Source: Anaeramoeba ignava BMAN (lineage: Eukaryota > Protista > Anaeramoebae). From it: a DNA stretch of 64,000 nucleotides. Positions 13,756 to 28,449 of the stretch are shown piece after piece (within the stretch, counting starts at the first letter, position 1; the number at the start of each line of letters is the position of its first letter). The notes under the pieces are model-generated. The model ran no database searches. It saw only the letters and a list, made by a program, of their open reading frames with translations, and was not told the origin of the DNA. The translations under genes and the position numbers were made by a program. The stretch is from the NCBI GenBank assembly GCA_028826165.1, contig JAPDFW010000082.1:186001-250000 (forward strand). Reading direction: 5' to 3'.

Positions 13756-15355
13756 ATGGCTTTTAGAAGAGAAATACCAAAACATCCTCGATTAGGACCT
13801 GTATGGACTGATAAAAATACTAAAGGTGTTCATATTCCATTATATCCACCTGAACCATTAAAATCCAAATTTAATGAATTCAGTTTTGAAAGAAGAAAAG
13901 AACTAAACCAACAAAGAAGAGAAGAAAGATTAGCACGACAAGAAGAAAAAACAGCAGAACAAAACCTTCCACAAATAATTACAAATGTTCAAACAAATCC
14001 TCAACAAAACAGAGTTGGACTAATCAATCTATTTGCAAAAAAAACAAATCAAAATCCAATTCAAATTCAAAATCAAAATCCAATTCAAATTCAAAATAAC
14101 AACTTCCAACAACAAAACCAAATTCAATCACAAACCGAAGAAGAAAAGAAAAGAATGGAATATTTACAAATGAAATTAGGAAAAAATCAAGATACACAAG
14201 GAATACAACAAGCAAATTATACATTTGAATCAAATCCACCTGATTATACAAGTGATTTACCAAATTATACAAATTCATATCAACAACAACCTCAACAACC
14301 TCAACAAACAAATTATACATTTGAATCAAATACACCTTATTATACAAGTGATTTAACAAATTATACAAATTCATATCAACAACAACAACAACAACCTCAA
14401 CAAACAAATTATTCATTTGAATCAAATCCACCTGATTATACAAGTGATTTACCAAATTACACAAATTCATATCAACAACAGCAACAACAACCTCAACAAA
14501 CAAATTATTCATTTGAATCAAATCCACCTGATTATACAAGTGATTTACCAAATTACACAAATTCATATCAACAACAACAACCTCAACAACCAACAATTTT
14601 TCAACAAAACCCTCAACAAAAACAAATTAAATATCAACAAACACAAAAACTTAGGTTACAAGAAGCAAAAGTTAATTTACAAGAAGTCAAGGTTAATGTA
14701 CAAGAAGCAAAAGTTAAATTACAAGAAGTCAAAATTAATTTACAAAAACCACAAATCAATTTACAACAAACACAAATTCAAACTTCCTTTTCTCAAGAAA
14801 ATACAAATTCTGGAAATGAAAATATATTAAGAGAACCTGTTTGTGATGATCCACAAGTTGATTTTTGTTATAGATTTCAAACAGTTATGAATCTTATAAT
14901 TGAAAAAGGAATTGGAATTTCAGATTCATCTTCAAAAACTTATTTTAAAGTAAATCAATTCCAAATTTAAATCTCATAAAATAATTTTATTGAAAAAAAT
15001 TAATTTAATCTTTAATATATTTTTTTAGTTCTTCTTACTTGCTCCAGAAATAAAACAACCCGAATTTATTATTAAATCTGAAAGTTATAAATCAATGAAA
15101 AACCTAATTTGGAATTTGGAAGTTGAAATTACAATTAGAGGAGATTTTACTAATGAAATTCTTCAAATTGAAATTATGAAACCAAACACTTTTTCAAAAG
15201 ATGTATTTCTTGGAGCTTTTCAAATTCCATTAAAAACAACTTCTAAAAATCAAGAAATTCAACAAGAAATCCCATTAACAAAAGGAAAAGTAACTTGTAA
15301 ATGGTTAGTTCAAACAAAACCATTTCCTGAAAAAAAAGGATGCACAATTTTCTAA
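13756..15355 (+). CDS. PY-motif / C2-domain / CaaX protein, paralogue F (exons 13756-14949, 15029-15355)
   Basis: 79-nt intron; extra (L/V)QE(A/V)KVN heptad repeats; ends KKGCTIF*. Confidence 0.85.
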
Positions 15356-15548
15356 AAGAACCAAAGAAAAAAAAAGAACAAACTTTGATTTATAATTTAT
15401 TTTTGTTTTTTGATTATTTTTGATCCACTTTTTTATTTTAATCATAAAACAAAAGAAAATAAAAGAAAACAAAAGAAAACTGAAAGAAAACTTTTTCCTT
15501 TCTTTCTTTCTTTCCAAAATTTAATTCTTTAAAAAAAAATAATTCTTT

Positions 15549-18500
15549 TCAATTTTCTTTTGAATTTTCATTTAAATTTTCTTTTAAATTTTCATTTAAA
15601 TTTTCATTTAAGTTTTCATTTAAATTTTCATTTGAATTTTCATTTGAGTTTTGTTTTGAATCTGAATTAATTTGCAAAGGTGGAGGAATCGATTTAGGTC
15701 TTGGTGGCTTTTCTTTTAAAAATAAAGGTGGAGGACTTGATTTAGGTTTTGGAGGTTTTTCTTTTAATGGTAAAGGTGGAGGACTTGATTTAGGTTTTGG
15801 AGGTTTTGCCTTTAAAAATAAAGTTGGAGGAGTTGATTTAGGTTTTTGAGGTTTTTGCAAAATATTTTGATTTTGATTTTGATTTTGATTTTGATTTTTT
15901 TCATATTTGTTGTATCCATATTTATATCTATATTCATCTTCATATTTATATGCATTTGGATATTCATATTCATCATTATATTCATCATTATATTCATCAT
16001 TATATTCATCATTATATTCATCATTATATTCATCATTATATTCATCATTATATTCATCATTATATTCATCATCATCGTAATCATAATCATAATCATAATC
16101 TCTTCCAACATTTTCAAATGAAAAGGTTTCATTTTCAGTTTCAGGATTCTATTTTAAAAAACAAGAAAAAAAAAAAGATGAAAGAAAATGTAAAAAATTT
16201 TGAAAATTTGAAATAATACACTCAATTCTGTTTGATTAAAATTAGAATTATCAACATCTTCATTTTGAGTTAAATTTGTAGATTCTTCGTTATCTTCTAA
16301 GAATTCGGTATTCAATGGAAGTAAATAATTGGCAATTTCCCCAATCATTGTTGATTGTAATTGATTATTTTGATAAACCTCTATTTGCACAAAATTTATC
16401 CAATCTTCATTATCTGTTTTATTCAATAAACATAAAAAAATCATTTTGGATTTTTGTTTGATTTTCTAATTTTTTTTGTGAATGTTTTTACTGTTTAAAA
16501 TTTGCTTGACTTTTTGGTTTTGATCATATAGTTTAATAATTTCATTTGAAATTACGAAAAAATGATAAAGAAATCCTGAACTCCTATTTTGATTGGATTA
16601 AATGGGGAATTATTAAAGATTTAAGAACTCAAAAAAAAAATGAAAAATTTAAGCATAATTTTACTCTTTGCTCTTAACTACACAACAAGAAATAATAGTT
16701 TCAATAAGATGAGTTTCAGTAAATAAATGATCAATAAAAATTTCTAGGTTTGAATTTAGGATTTCGATTATGATTTGAGAAACTTGGAGATGTAAAAAAG
16801 TGTTATTAGGGAATTTTTCAAAAATATCCTTCAAAATTAAAAATAAATAGAGATTAGATTAAATAAAAAGAAAACCAAGAAAATTTTTTGTGTTTGAATA
16901 AAAGTTCTTTTACAATAAAATAGGAAAAAATTTTCTTTTCAATAAGAAGCTTTTGTAAAGGAAGATAATCAATACACAAAAGTGTGTCAAGTAAATGAAT
17001 CACAAGAATTTTTCTTTTTCCAAAAGGTTCAAATTCTCCGTGAGATAATTTCATTGTTGGCTCTGGAATCTTTAATTGAATTCAATTGAATTAAATTAAA
17101 TTAAATTGAAATGAATTGAATTAAATTGAATTGAATTAAATTAAATTAAATGAAATTGAAATGAATTAAATTAAATTGAATTGAATTGAAATGAATTAAA
17201 ATAAATTAAAATAAATTAAATTGAATTAAATTGAATTAAATTGAAATGAATTAAATTGATTTATGAATTAAATTAAATTAAATTGAATTGAATTGAATTG
17301 AATTGAATTGAATTGAATTTTATTACAAATAATTGATTTATGAATTCATCCATATTTTTCATTATAAATTCAAGAGAAAATGGAATTTTTTCATTTTCTT
17401 GAAAAATTATTGATTTGGTTTGAGTTGATAAAATTCCTACTAAAACAGAAATTCTGTTTATATCCATTTTGTTTGAAGACTAAAGAAAAAAAAATCAGAA
17501 TTGATTAAAATAATTGATGAAAGAAAATAGTACTTTTTTGGCTAGAATATTAAAAAGATTTCCTAGCAATTCCTCATCTTCCATTTTCTTCTTTAGTGAT
17601 GTATCATATTCTAAATGCAAACTAAATAAACTTTGTAAACATCTTGAAGTATTTTCAAAATTCTGGAATGAATAAATTAAATATTTGGTTTTTTTTGTTA
17701 AAAAAATGGGAAGCAAAATGAGAATAAATAACATGAGAATAAATAATGGAAGTAAAAGACAAACATTTTGGTCTTGAGTTTGAAGATCATCTATTAATTT
17801 GGAAAGGAGATTATTTCTGTCAAAATACTTTGAATCAAAAAGAAAATTTTTATTTAAAAAAAAAGATGAATATGATATTTTTAAGAAATGTTGATAATGA
17901 ATACTTCTGTAAGGTTTTGAGAAAATGAACCAACACTTAAATAGATAATTTTTTCCAAAACATCAGCACAATTTGTATCAGAAATATGTAAAAGTAATTT
18001 GTTAAGAATTTGGTCATTTTCTAATAAATAATTAATTGTCTTTTTAAATCAAAAAAAAAAGGAATTTTTAAAATAATCTCCACAATAATAATAATAAAGA
18101 TGAATTTTTCAAATCAAATACTTGTTCATCTTTTCTACGAAATTGAATTAAAATTGTTTTTGCGAAATTGCTTGAAAAAATTGGGTTTAAAGGAGGAGAA
18201 TTATTGAGAAATGAGAATATTTGATCCATTAAACTTTTTTCATTTGCAATAGTTTCAATAATTTGGAAATTTTCTGAAGTGATAACTAAACTTGAAATAA
18301 ATGGATACCTATTTTTATATAAATTTTTATATAATTTTAATTTTAAATTTGAATTTGAATTTGATTTTGATTTTGATTTTGAATTTGAATTTGAATTTGA
18401 ATTTGAATTTGAATTTGAATTTGAATTTGAATTTGATTTTGATTTTGATTTTGATTTTGATTTTGATTTTGATTTTGATTTTGATTTTGATTTTGAATTT

Positions 18501-19229
18501 TAATTTGAATTTGAATTTGAATTTGATTTTGAATTTGAATTTTAATTTGATTTTGAATTTGATTTTTATTTGAATTTTATTTGAATTTGAATTTGAATTT
18601 GAATTTGAATTTGATTTTGAATTTGATTTTAATTTTGAATTTTAATTTGATTTTGAATTTAATTTGATTTTGATTTTGATTTTGAATTTGATTTTGATTT
18701 TGATTTGATTTTGAATTTTAAATTTAAATTTTAATTTTGATTTTAAATTTAATTTGATTTTGATTTTGATTTTGAATTTGAATTTGATTTTGATTTTGAA
18801 TTTGTATTTGATTTTGAATTTGAATTTGAATTTGAATTTGATTTTAAATTTGAATTTGATTTTTAATTAGATTTTGAATTTTTATATAAATTCAAACTTT
18901 CTACAAATTTTCTCATCATTTTCATTTTGATCAGGTGGAAAAAGTTGATATTTAAGAATTTTAGAAACATTTTCAACAGAAGAAATACTATTTATAAAGA
19001 TTTGATATAGTAATTTTTAATTGGATTGTTAAGTAATTTTTTTTTGCTTTTTTTTTTTTTTGATAACATCAATTTTAAAAATAATTTCCTACAAATTAGA
19101 AAAATCTTGAAAACCAAAATGACAAAATTCAATAATATCTTCTTGATCAAGAAGTTCTTCTAAAGTAAAATCACCTTTTTCAAGGATTTTTGTTATTGGT
19201 GATTGTTGAATATCTAAAAAATTTTCCAT
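15549..19229 (-). CDS. SIT4 phosphatase-associated (SAPS / PP6 regulatory subunit) family protein, multi-exon
   Basis: N-terminus MENFLDIQQSPITKILEKGDFTLEELLDQEDIIEFC and KYPFISS match the SAPS-family start. The C-terminal exon has DEYN and Pro-rich repeats. Not every internal exon boundary was resolved. Confidence 0.75.
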
Positions 19230-19477
19230 TTAATTTAAAAAGAAAAGAAAAATGAAAAAAATGAAAAAAATAAAAAAAAAGCAAAAAAAAAAAATTTTAA
19301 AAAGATAAAAATTACAAATAATTTTTCTCCTGTTTGATTTCTTTATTGAATTTACGAATTGAAACAAATTCTTTTGAAAAGAATCGATAATCGAAAACAA
19401 AAATTTGATAAAAAAAAAATGAGAAAATGGAAAAAATTTTTCAATTTGGAATGAAAAAAAAAAAAAGAATTCAATAT

Positions 19478-22400
19478 TTAAAAAGGAAAGTTTTCTTTTC
19501 TTTTCTTTGTTTTGGTTTTGGAGCAACTCTTTTAACTTTTGGAGTTGTTTTTTGAACTTTAAAGGTTGTTTTGTTTTGTAAACCAGGATTTACAATATCA
19601 TCATGACAACGTTCACAAATTGGCTTTTAGTAAAATGTTTTAAAAGAAGGAAAAAAATGAATGAATTTGAATTTTGAATTTTGATATTAATTTTGAATTT
19701 AATTTTTGATATTAATTTTTATTTTAATTTTAATTTTTATTTTAATTTTAATTTTAATTTTAATTTTAATTTTAATTTTAATATAATTTTAATTTAAATT
19801 TTAATTTTAATTTTAATTTTGATTTTGATTTTAATTTTGATTTTAATTTTAATTTGAATTTTGATTTTAATTTTAATTTTAATTTTAATTTTCAATTAAA
19901 TTTTGAAAAAATACGCTTCCATATTGCTCAAAGAATTTAGAAGTTGGTAATTTTTTCCCACATCTTGAACAAATAAAGCAATTAGGATGATAATGTCTTC
20001 CTAAAGCTTCAATAGCTCCTGATGTAATTGGGAGATTACAAGTGTGACAAATTAAAGAAGAAGTTATTGTTGTTGTTGTTTTTGTATTTTTAACACTTGG
20101 TCCTATTTCTCTATCATGACATAATTCACAAATTGGCTACAAATTTAATTTTAATTTTAATTTTAATTTTAATTTTAATTTTAATTTTAATTTTAATTTT
20201 AATTTTAATTTTAATTTTAATTTTAATTTTAATTTTAATTTTAATTTTAATTTTAATTTTAATTTTAATTTTTAAATTTTAATTTTAATTTTAATTTTAA
20301 TTTTAATTTTAATTTTAATTTTAATTTTAATTTTAATTTTAATTTTAATTTTAATTTTAATTTTAATTTTAAATTTTAATTTTAATTTTAATTTTAATTT
20401 TAATTTTAATTTTAATTTTGATTTTAATTTTAATTTTAATTTTAATTTTAATTTTAATTTTAATTTTAATTTTAATTTTAATTTTAATTTTAATTTTAAT
20501 TTTAATTTTAATTTTAATTTTGATTTTAAATTTTAATTTTAATTTTAATTTTAATTTTTAATTTTAATTTTTATCCGATTTTAATTTTAATTTTTAATTT
20601 TAAATTTTAATTTTAATTTTAATTTTAATTTTAATTTTAATTTTAATTTTTAATTTTAATTTTAATTTTGATTTTTATTTTTGATTTTGATTTTGATTTT
20701 AATTTTAATTTTAATTTTAATTTTAATTTTTATTTTTAAATTTTAATTTTTATTTTAAATTTTAATTTTGATTTTAATTTTAATTTAATTTTAATTTTAA
20801 TTTTAATTTTAATTTTTATTTTAATTTTAATTTTTAATTTTTATTTTTGATTTTGATTTTTGATTTTGATTTTTAATTTTAATTTTAATTTTAATTTTAA
20901 TTTTAATTTTAATTTTAATTTTAATTTTAATTTTAATTTTAATTTTAATTTTAATTTTGAATTTTAATTTTAATTTTAATTTTAATTTTAATTTTAATTT
21001 TAATTTTAATTTTAATTTTAATTTTAATTTTGATTTTAATTTTAATTTTAATTTTAATTTTAATTTTAATTTTAATTTTTAATTTTTATTTTTGATTTTG
21101 ATTTTGATTTTTATTTTTGATTTTGATTTTGATTTTGATTTTGATTTTAATTTTAATTTTGATTTTTATTTTTGATTTTGATTTTGATTTTGATTTTAAT
21201 TTTAATTTTGAATTGAATTTTAATTTTAATTTTAATTTTAATTTTAATTTTAATTTTGATTTTGAAAAAAGAAACAAAAATCCAACCTTTCCATAATACT
21301 CATAAAACTTTGAGGCACGGAGTTTCAAACCGCACTTAGAACAAAGAAAACAATTAGGATGATAACTTTTGCCAAGAGCCTCAATAACACCTGAAGAAAT
21401 AGGCAAACCACAAGTTTCACAAGTTAAAGATTTAGGACGGAAATCAGAAACAACACGAGTTTTTGAATCATTAATTAAATCAAGACATTTCTGGCAATAA
21501 TATTGACCATCCTCTTTGAAGAAAGGGCGATGAGCAAGGCCAATATCGCATCTATAGCACGTGAAACACGAAGGATGATAATCATTTCCATCCACTCTTG
21601 CAACTTCTCCTTCAATTTTTTTGAAACATTTTGTGCATGTTGGTAAATCTTTGATGTCATATACAATGTGCGTATCAGGGCTCCGTGTTCTTGTTGGTGA
21701 TGTTCTTGTTGGCTTTGAATTTATTCTTGTTATGTTTTGTCGTGGCTCTTCGTATTTTGGTTGTTGTAATTCTTCATGACATCTTCCACAATAATAATGT
21801 CCATCTTCGAAAAAGAAATCAGTTGTACTTAATTGTCGATCACATCTAAAACAGCAAAAGCAATGCTCATCTTTAAAATTAAAATTCAATTCATAATTAA
21901 AATTAAAATTCAATTCAAAATTAAAATTCAATTCAAAATTAAAATTCAATTCAAAATTAAAATTCAATTCAAAATTAAAATTCAATTCAAAATTAAAATT
22001 CAATTCATAATTAAAATTAAAATTAAAATCATAATCAAAATTAAAATTTAAATTAAAATTAAAATTCAAAATTAAAATCAAAATTAAAATTAAAATCATA
22101 ATCAAAATTAAAATTAAATTAAAATTAAAAAAAAATAAAAAATTCAAAATTAAAATTCAAAATTAAAATTCGAATTAAAATTATAATTAAAATTAAAATT
22201 AAAATTAAAATTAAATTAAAATTAAAATTAAAATTATAATTCAAAATTAAAATTAAAATTAAAATTAAAATTAAAATTAAAATTAAAATTAAAATTAAAA
22301 TTAAAATCAAAATTAAAATTAAAATTAAAATTAAAATTAAAATTAAAATTTAAATTAAAATTAAAAATTAAAATTAAATTAAAATTAAAATTAAAATTAA

Positions 22401-23213
22401 AATTAAAATTAAAATTCAATTAAAATTAAAATCAAAATCAAAATTAAAATTAAAATTAAAATTAAAATTAAAATTAAAATTAAAATTAAAATTAAAATTA
22501 AAATTAAAATTAAAATTAAAATTAAAATTAAAATTAATATTAAAATTAATATTAAAATTAAAATTAAAATTAAAATTAAAATTAAAATTTAAAATTAAAA
22601 TTAAAATCAAATTAAAATTAAAATTAAAATTAAAATCGGATAAAAAATTAAAATTACGATAATAATTGTCATCAACTTCAATAATCTTTCCAGTAATTTC
22701 ACGGAAACAAACAGAGCATTTAAAAGAAGGAGAAATATTATTAGTAGGAGAAGATCTAACATTTTTAGGGGAAGAATTAAAAGTATTTTTAGGAGAAGAA
22801 TTAAAAGTATTTTTAGGAGAAGATCTAAAAGAAGTATTTTTAGGAGAAGATCTAAAAGAAGTATCTTTAGGAGAAGAATAAGAATCAGAGGGTCTCAAAA
22901 AGGTACCACCACTTCCCCAAGTCTTTTTCTTATTACCAGCTTTGACTTGTTCATGTTGAATTTTCTCAACAACTTCGGGTTGATTTCGATAACTTGATAA
23001 ATTTGCTCCTGTTCCATATCCACTTTGTCTGAATAAACGGTTGTAACATGGATGACAATAGGGTTGATTGTTGTGTTCAGCGTATTTCGCTCGGTTTAAT
23101 CGATCCCCACAGGATGTACATGTAAAACATGCTTTATGCCAGTGTCGATCAAGTGCATCAATTTTTTCCATTTGGTACACTTGTTTTCCACATTTAGCGC
23201 AATACCAAGACAT
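19478..23213 (-). CDS. Five-LIM-domain protein (exons 23213-22658, 21870-21287, 20136-19915, 19623-19478)
   Basis: Five LIM-type Cys/His zinc-binding units reassemble in frame across three GT-AG introns. LIM1 is followed by a Gly-rich GYGTGA segment as in CRP/LASP-type LIMs; LIM2-5 resemble paxillin-type LIMs. Confidence 0.9.
20140..21265. repeat. Intronic AATTTT hexamer satellite (similar tracts at 19675-19905 and 21873-22655)
   Basis: Directly visible. Confidence 0.95.
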
Positions 23214-23585
23214 CTTCTTCAGTTATTTTCGTTAGGATTCTTATTTTAAAAAGTTTTTTTTTTTTATTATTATTATTAAAGTTAGAAAAAAAATGAAAAA
23301 AAAAAAATGAAAGAATCAAATGAATAAAATTAAATAAAAGTTTTTCTCCTTTTAAAATAAATAAAAAAAAGAAAAACAAATAAATAAAAAGATCCCTTTT
23401 AAGTTTTTCTCCTTTTTTTATTTATTTTATTTTAAACAAAAAAAAAAGCAAAAAAAATATTTTTAATTTAATTTTTTTTTCATTTTTTTCTTTTCAATTT
23501 TCTATTTCAATTTTTAAGTAAAATATTTAAATAAATAAATAAATAAATTTCTAATTAATATTCCTAATTAATAATTAAATAAGAA

Positions 23586-26321
<2,736 letters not shown>

Positions 26322-26603
26322 GCAATTTTTCTTTCAATTCTTTTCAATTCAATTCAATTTTTCTTTTCAATTCAATTCAATTCAATTCAATTCAATTCTT
26401 TTCAATTCAATTCTTTTCAATTTTTCTTTCAATTCAATTCAATTCAATTCAATTCAATTTTTCTTTCAATTCAATTCAATTTTTCTTTTCAATTCAATTC
26501 AATTTTTCTTTTCAATTCAATTCAATTTTTCTTTTCATTTCAAAACAAAATTAAAACAAATTTTGAAAGGAAATTTTAATTAATTTTAATTTTAATTTTT
26601 TAT

Positions 26604-27632
26604 TTAATTTGATTTCTTTATTTCTTTTTTTTGATTATTTTCCATTTTCCCAATAACATAAAAAATTGAACCAGAAAAAACCAAAATTGTTGAAATCCAA
26701 TGATAAAAAGTAAAAACATTTCTAAAATAAAGAACACTTATTAAAATACTAATAAATTTCCTAACTGATAACATAAAAGTTGTTGTTAAAGAATCTGTAA
26801 TACTTGAAATTTGATAAACTCCTCTAATACAAAAATGATAAGTTAAAATATTAATAAAGAAAAAAATCCATAATCTTGGAATTTGAGAAATAAAAGATGG
26901 AATAATAGAAATCATTTCATCAGAGAAAATAAAAGGTTTTGATTTGTTAAATATCTTAATGTGTGAATAAATATTTTTATAAAATGGAATAAATAAAGGA
27001 ACTGATAAAGAATGTGAGAAATATAAAACTTCTTCAGGATATCTTCCATATTTCTTATAAGTAATCTCTTGTAAAACACCAAGAAAAGCTGACATAAAAA
27101 GAACAACAAATAGAAAAAAGACTCCAATTAAAAAATTTCCAGGTTTTTGTTCTGATTCAATAATTATATTATTATTATTAATATTTTGTTGTTTTGAAAG
27201 TCTGTATGAAGAAAAAGAAGCAGTAAAAGTTCCAAATGAAACAAAAATAAGAGCAAATAATTGTTTTAAATTGATTTTTTCGTTTAAAATTAAAAAACGA
27301 AGTAAAGCATTTGTAATTAAAGAAGCTGATCTAAAAATCATGTGTAAAGGAACAGGAATTGAAAATGCATATGCAATATTATTTGTTATAGAAAGTAAGA
27401 AAAAAGTTCCTACAAGAGGAAGAAATGATTTAAATGGTATTTTAGCACCTTTTCCTTGTAAATATTTTGATATTATTCTTGGTAAATTAACTATTGCTAT
27501 TGAAGATAATTCAAAAAATGTTAAAAATATCCCACATTTTGAATCTAATTTTAAAATGAATTCAAGTGCAATGTTATTTATTCCACATCCTGATAAAATT
27601 TGTAAAAATAGAAAAAATAATTTAAATTCCAT
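26604..27632 (-). CDS. SLC35B4: UDP-xylose/UDP-GlcNAc nucleotide-sugar transporter (SLC35B4/YEA4-like)
   Basis: GC..N.IALE, IPVPLHMIFRSASLI, SAFLGVLQEITYKKYG and RKFISILISVLYFRN motifs; about 10 TM segments; KKxx ER-retrieval end (KKSN). Confidence 0.85.
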   Translation of the reverse strand: MEFKLFFLFLQILSGCGINNIALEFILKLDSKCGIFLTFFELSSIAIVNLPRIISKYLQGKGAKIPFKSFLPLVGTFFLLSITNNIAYAFSIPVPLHMIFRSASLITNALLRFLILNEKINLKQLFALIFVSFGTFTASFSSYRLSKQQNINNNNIIIESEQKPGNFLIGVFFLFVVLFMSAFLGVLQEITYKKYGRYPEEVLYFSHSLSVPLFIPFYKNIYSHIKIFNKSKPFIFSDEMISIIPSFISQIPRLWIFFFINILTYHFCIRGVYQISSITDSLTTTFMLSVRKFISILISVLYFRNVFTFYHWISTILVFSGSIFYVIGKMENNQKKEIKKSN

Positions 27633-27737
27633 TTCTTTTATTTAAAAAAATGATTTAATTCAAAATTTTTTTTATTAAAAATTAAAAAGAAAAATTAAAA
27701 GAAAAATAAAAAGAAAAATAAAAGAAGAAAAATTTTT

Positions 27738-28232
27738 TTAATAAACTTGAGAAAAACCAGGTTTTCCTTTTTTATCTTGAATTTTTTTTGGTAAAACAGG
27801 AATAGCTCTTGGAATAATACCACCACCATGAATAGTAACACCATTTAAAAATTTATTTAATTCTCTATCACTTTTAATAGCTAAATGAATATGTCTTGGA
27901 ACAACTCTTTGTTTTCCATGATCAATAGCAGCATTTCCAGCTAATTCAAGAACTTCAGCTGTTAAATATTCAAGAACTGCTGCTAAATAAACTGGTGCTC
28001 CTGCTCCAACTCTATTTGCAAATTTTCCTTCTCTTAAATGTCTGTGAATTCTTCCTACTGGAAATTCTAATCCTGCTTTAACTGATCTTGGTGCTCCTTT
28101 TCTCTTCTTTTTGGGTTTATCTCCTTGTTTTGTTCCTTTCTTTTTTTTGCTTTTACTTTTATCTGGTGATAAATATTCTTTTGCTTCTTCTGCTGTTTGT
28201 TGCATTGTTGATTTTTTTGATGGTTTTGTCAT
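27738..28232 (-). CDS. H2A: Histone H2A variant, H2A.X-like (C-terminal SQVY)
   Basis: [12 protein letters not shown] and [28 protein letters not shown] core; terminal SQ-x-Y motif. Confidence 0.95.
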   Translation of the reverse strand: MTKPSKKSTMQQTAEEAKEYLSPDKSKSKKKKGTKQGDKPKKKRKGAPRSVKAGLEFPVGRIHRHLREGKFANRVGAGAPVYLAAVLEYLTAEVLELAGNAAIDHGKQRVVPRHIHLAIKSDRELNKFLNGVTIHGGGIIPRAIPVLPKKIQDKKGKPGFSQVY

Positions 28233-28303
28233 TGTTTTTTAATAAAAAAATAAAAATAAAAAAATGAAAAAATTAAAAAAAAAATTTTTGTTTTTATATT
28301 ATT

Positions 28304-28375
28304 TTAATCCAATATTATCCAATAATTTTTTATTTTTATTTTTTAAAATTAATCCAATATTATCCAATAATTTTT
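28304..28375. promoter_or_regulatory. Duplicated 27-bp element with four CCAAT boxes in the divergent promoter upstream of H2A
   Basis: TTAATCCAATATTATCCAATAATTTTT occurs at 28304-28330 and 28349-28375. Confidence 0.6.
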
Positions 28376-28449
28376 GATTTTTGATTTTTATTTTTATTTT
28401 TTTATTTTTTTTTTTCATTTTTTTCTTCTTTTTAATTTAACATAAATAA

